NCBI GenBank assembly: GCA_012295275.1
Contig: CM022670.1
Location: 40,920,001-40,984,000, forward strand
Length of the DNA stretch: 64,000 nucleotides
From: Chrysomallon squamiferum
Taxonomy: Eukaryota > Animalia > Mollusca
Direction of reading: 5' to 3'
The translations under genes and the position numbers were made by a program. Below, piece by piece: positions 63,180-64,000 of this stretch. The notes beneath the pieces are model-generated. The model had not been told where the DNA came from. It saw only the letters and a list, made by a program, of their open reading frames with translations, and ran no database searches. Positions within the stretch are counted from its first letter, which is position 1. The number at the start of each line of letters is the position of its first letter.

Positions 63180-63367
63180 CGTACGTGTTGGTGTTATCGT
63201 GTGGTAACTATGAACAAATGACATTAACTGTTTGTTGCTGTTGGGCTTGTTTTCTTGTTTGATTTTATGTTGTGAGGGTTTTTTGTTGGGGGTGAGTGAT
63301 TTGGATGTTTTAAATTATTATTAGATTTTCTTCTCTGCATATAATAGTATGGTTTTGTTTTTCTTTT

Positions 63368-63398
<31 letters not shown>

Positions 63399-64000
63399 TT
63401 TTATTATTTATATATTTTATTTTATTTTTTTTTTTTTTTTTTTTTTTATTACACCTTTCTTCTTCTTCTTTATTGAAAAAAAATAATAATCTGACGTGGA
63501 GATTTCCACTTACGTCAAGAGAACACAGAAAAGACAGGGTTAGTTAGTACAGCTTTGTAAGTGATATTTATAGCTTTTAAATGTACTGAAATATTCTAAA
63601 CGAGAAATGTTATACTCTTTTAGAGCACCTTATTTTTCTTCACTTTTCCTTTTTTTTGTGTGTGTGGGGGTTTTTATGGGTTTTTTTATGTTTTTCTTCG
63701 TGTATTTTTTCTCTCTCTTTGTATTTTTTTTAATACTTTATTATCTTTTAATGATAACCAAATAATATTTACAAAAAATAAAATGAAATAAAATTTGTAC
63801 ATTATAATTATGTATGTATGTATGTATGTATGTATATGTTAAATGTATCTCTTCTTGAATTAACTTGAAAAAAAAAAAAAGATAATAGATTATACAGAAT
63901 TCGAGAACTGACAAATGAGATACTGAAAAAGGAATGACTAAAAATATCTTTGCACTCGTTTTACAGTGCGATTGTTTAGTTGTTTTGATAAGATAATGAT

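Overview
AT-rich eukaryotic (animal, probably protostome/mollusc-like) genomic DNA that is mostly intron, dense in microsatellites and minisatellites. The only coding feature I can support is the 3' two-thirds (TM3 to C-terminus) of a + strand rhodopsin-class GPCR of the orexin/allatotropin receptor family. I reconstruct it from six phase-compatible GT-AG exons (3431-3785, 27053-27176, 27962-28074, 31753-31839, 36880-36907, 51448-51541; 801 nt = 266 aa + stop). TM1-TM2 lie upstream of the window. Nearly all other listed ORFs are simple-repeat artefacts. I see no prokaryotic-type system, CRISPR array or intact transposase/RT. The most interesting signals are tandem repeats interacting with this gene's splice architecture: a VNTR carrying five copies of the TM6 exon end plus donor (one in-frame and stop-free), a terminal exon whose acceptor and stop codon sit inside minisatellites, a 12-monomer higher-order satellite, candidate ICL3 cassette exons, and inverted repeats bracketing the TM3-TM5 exon. 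All splice models are inferred from sequence alone.
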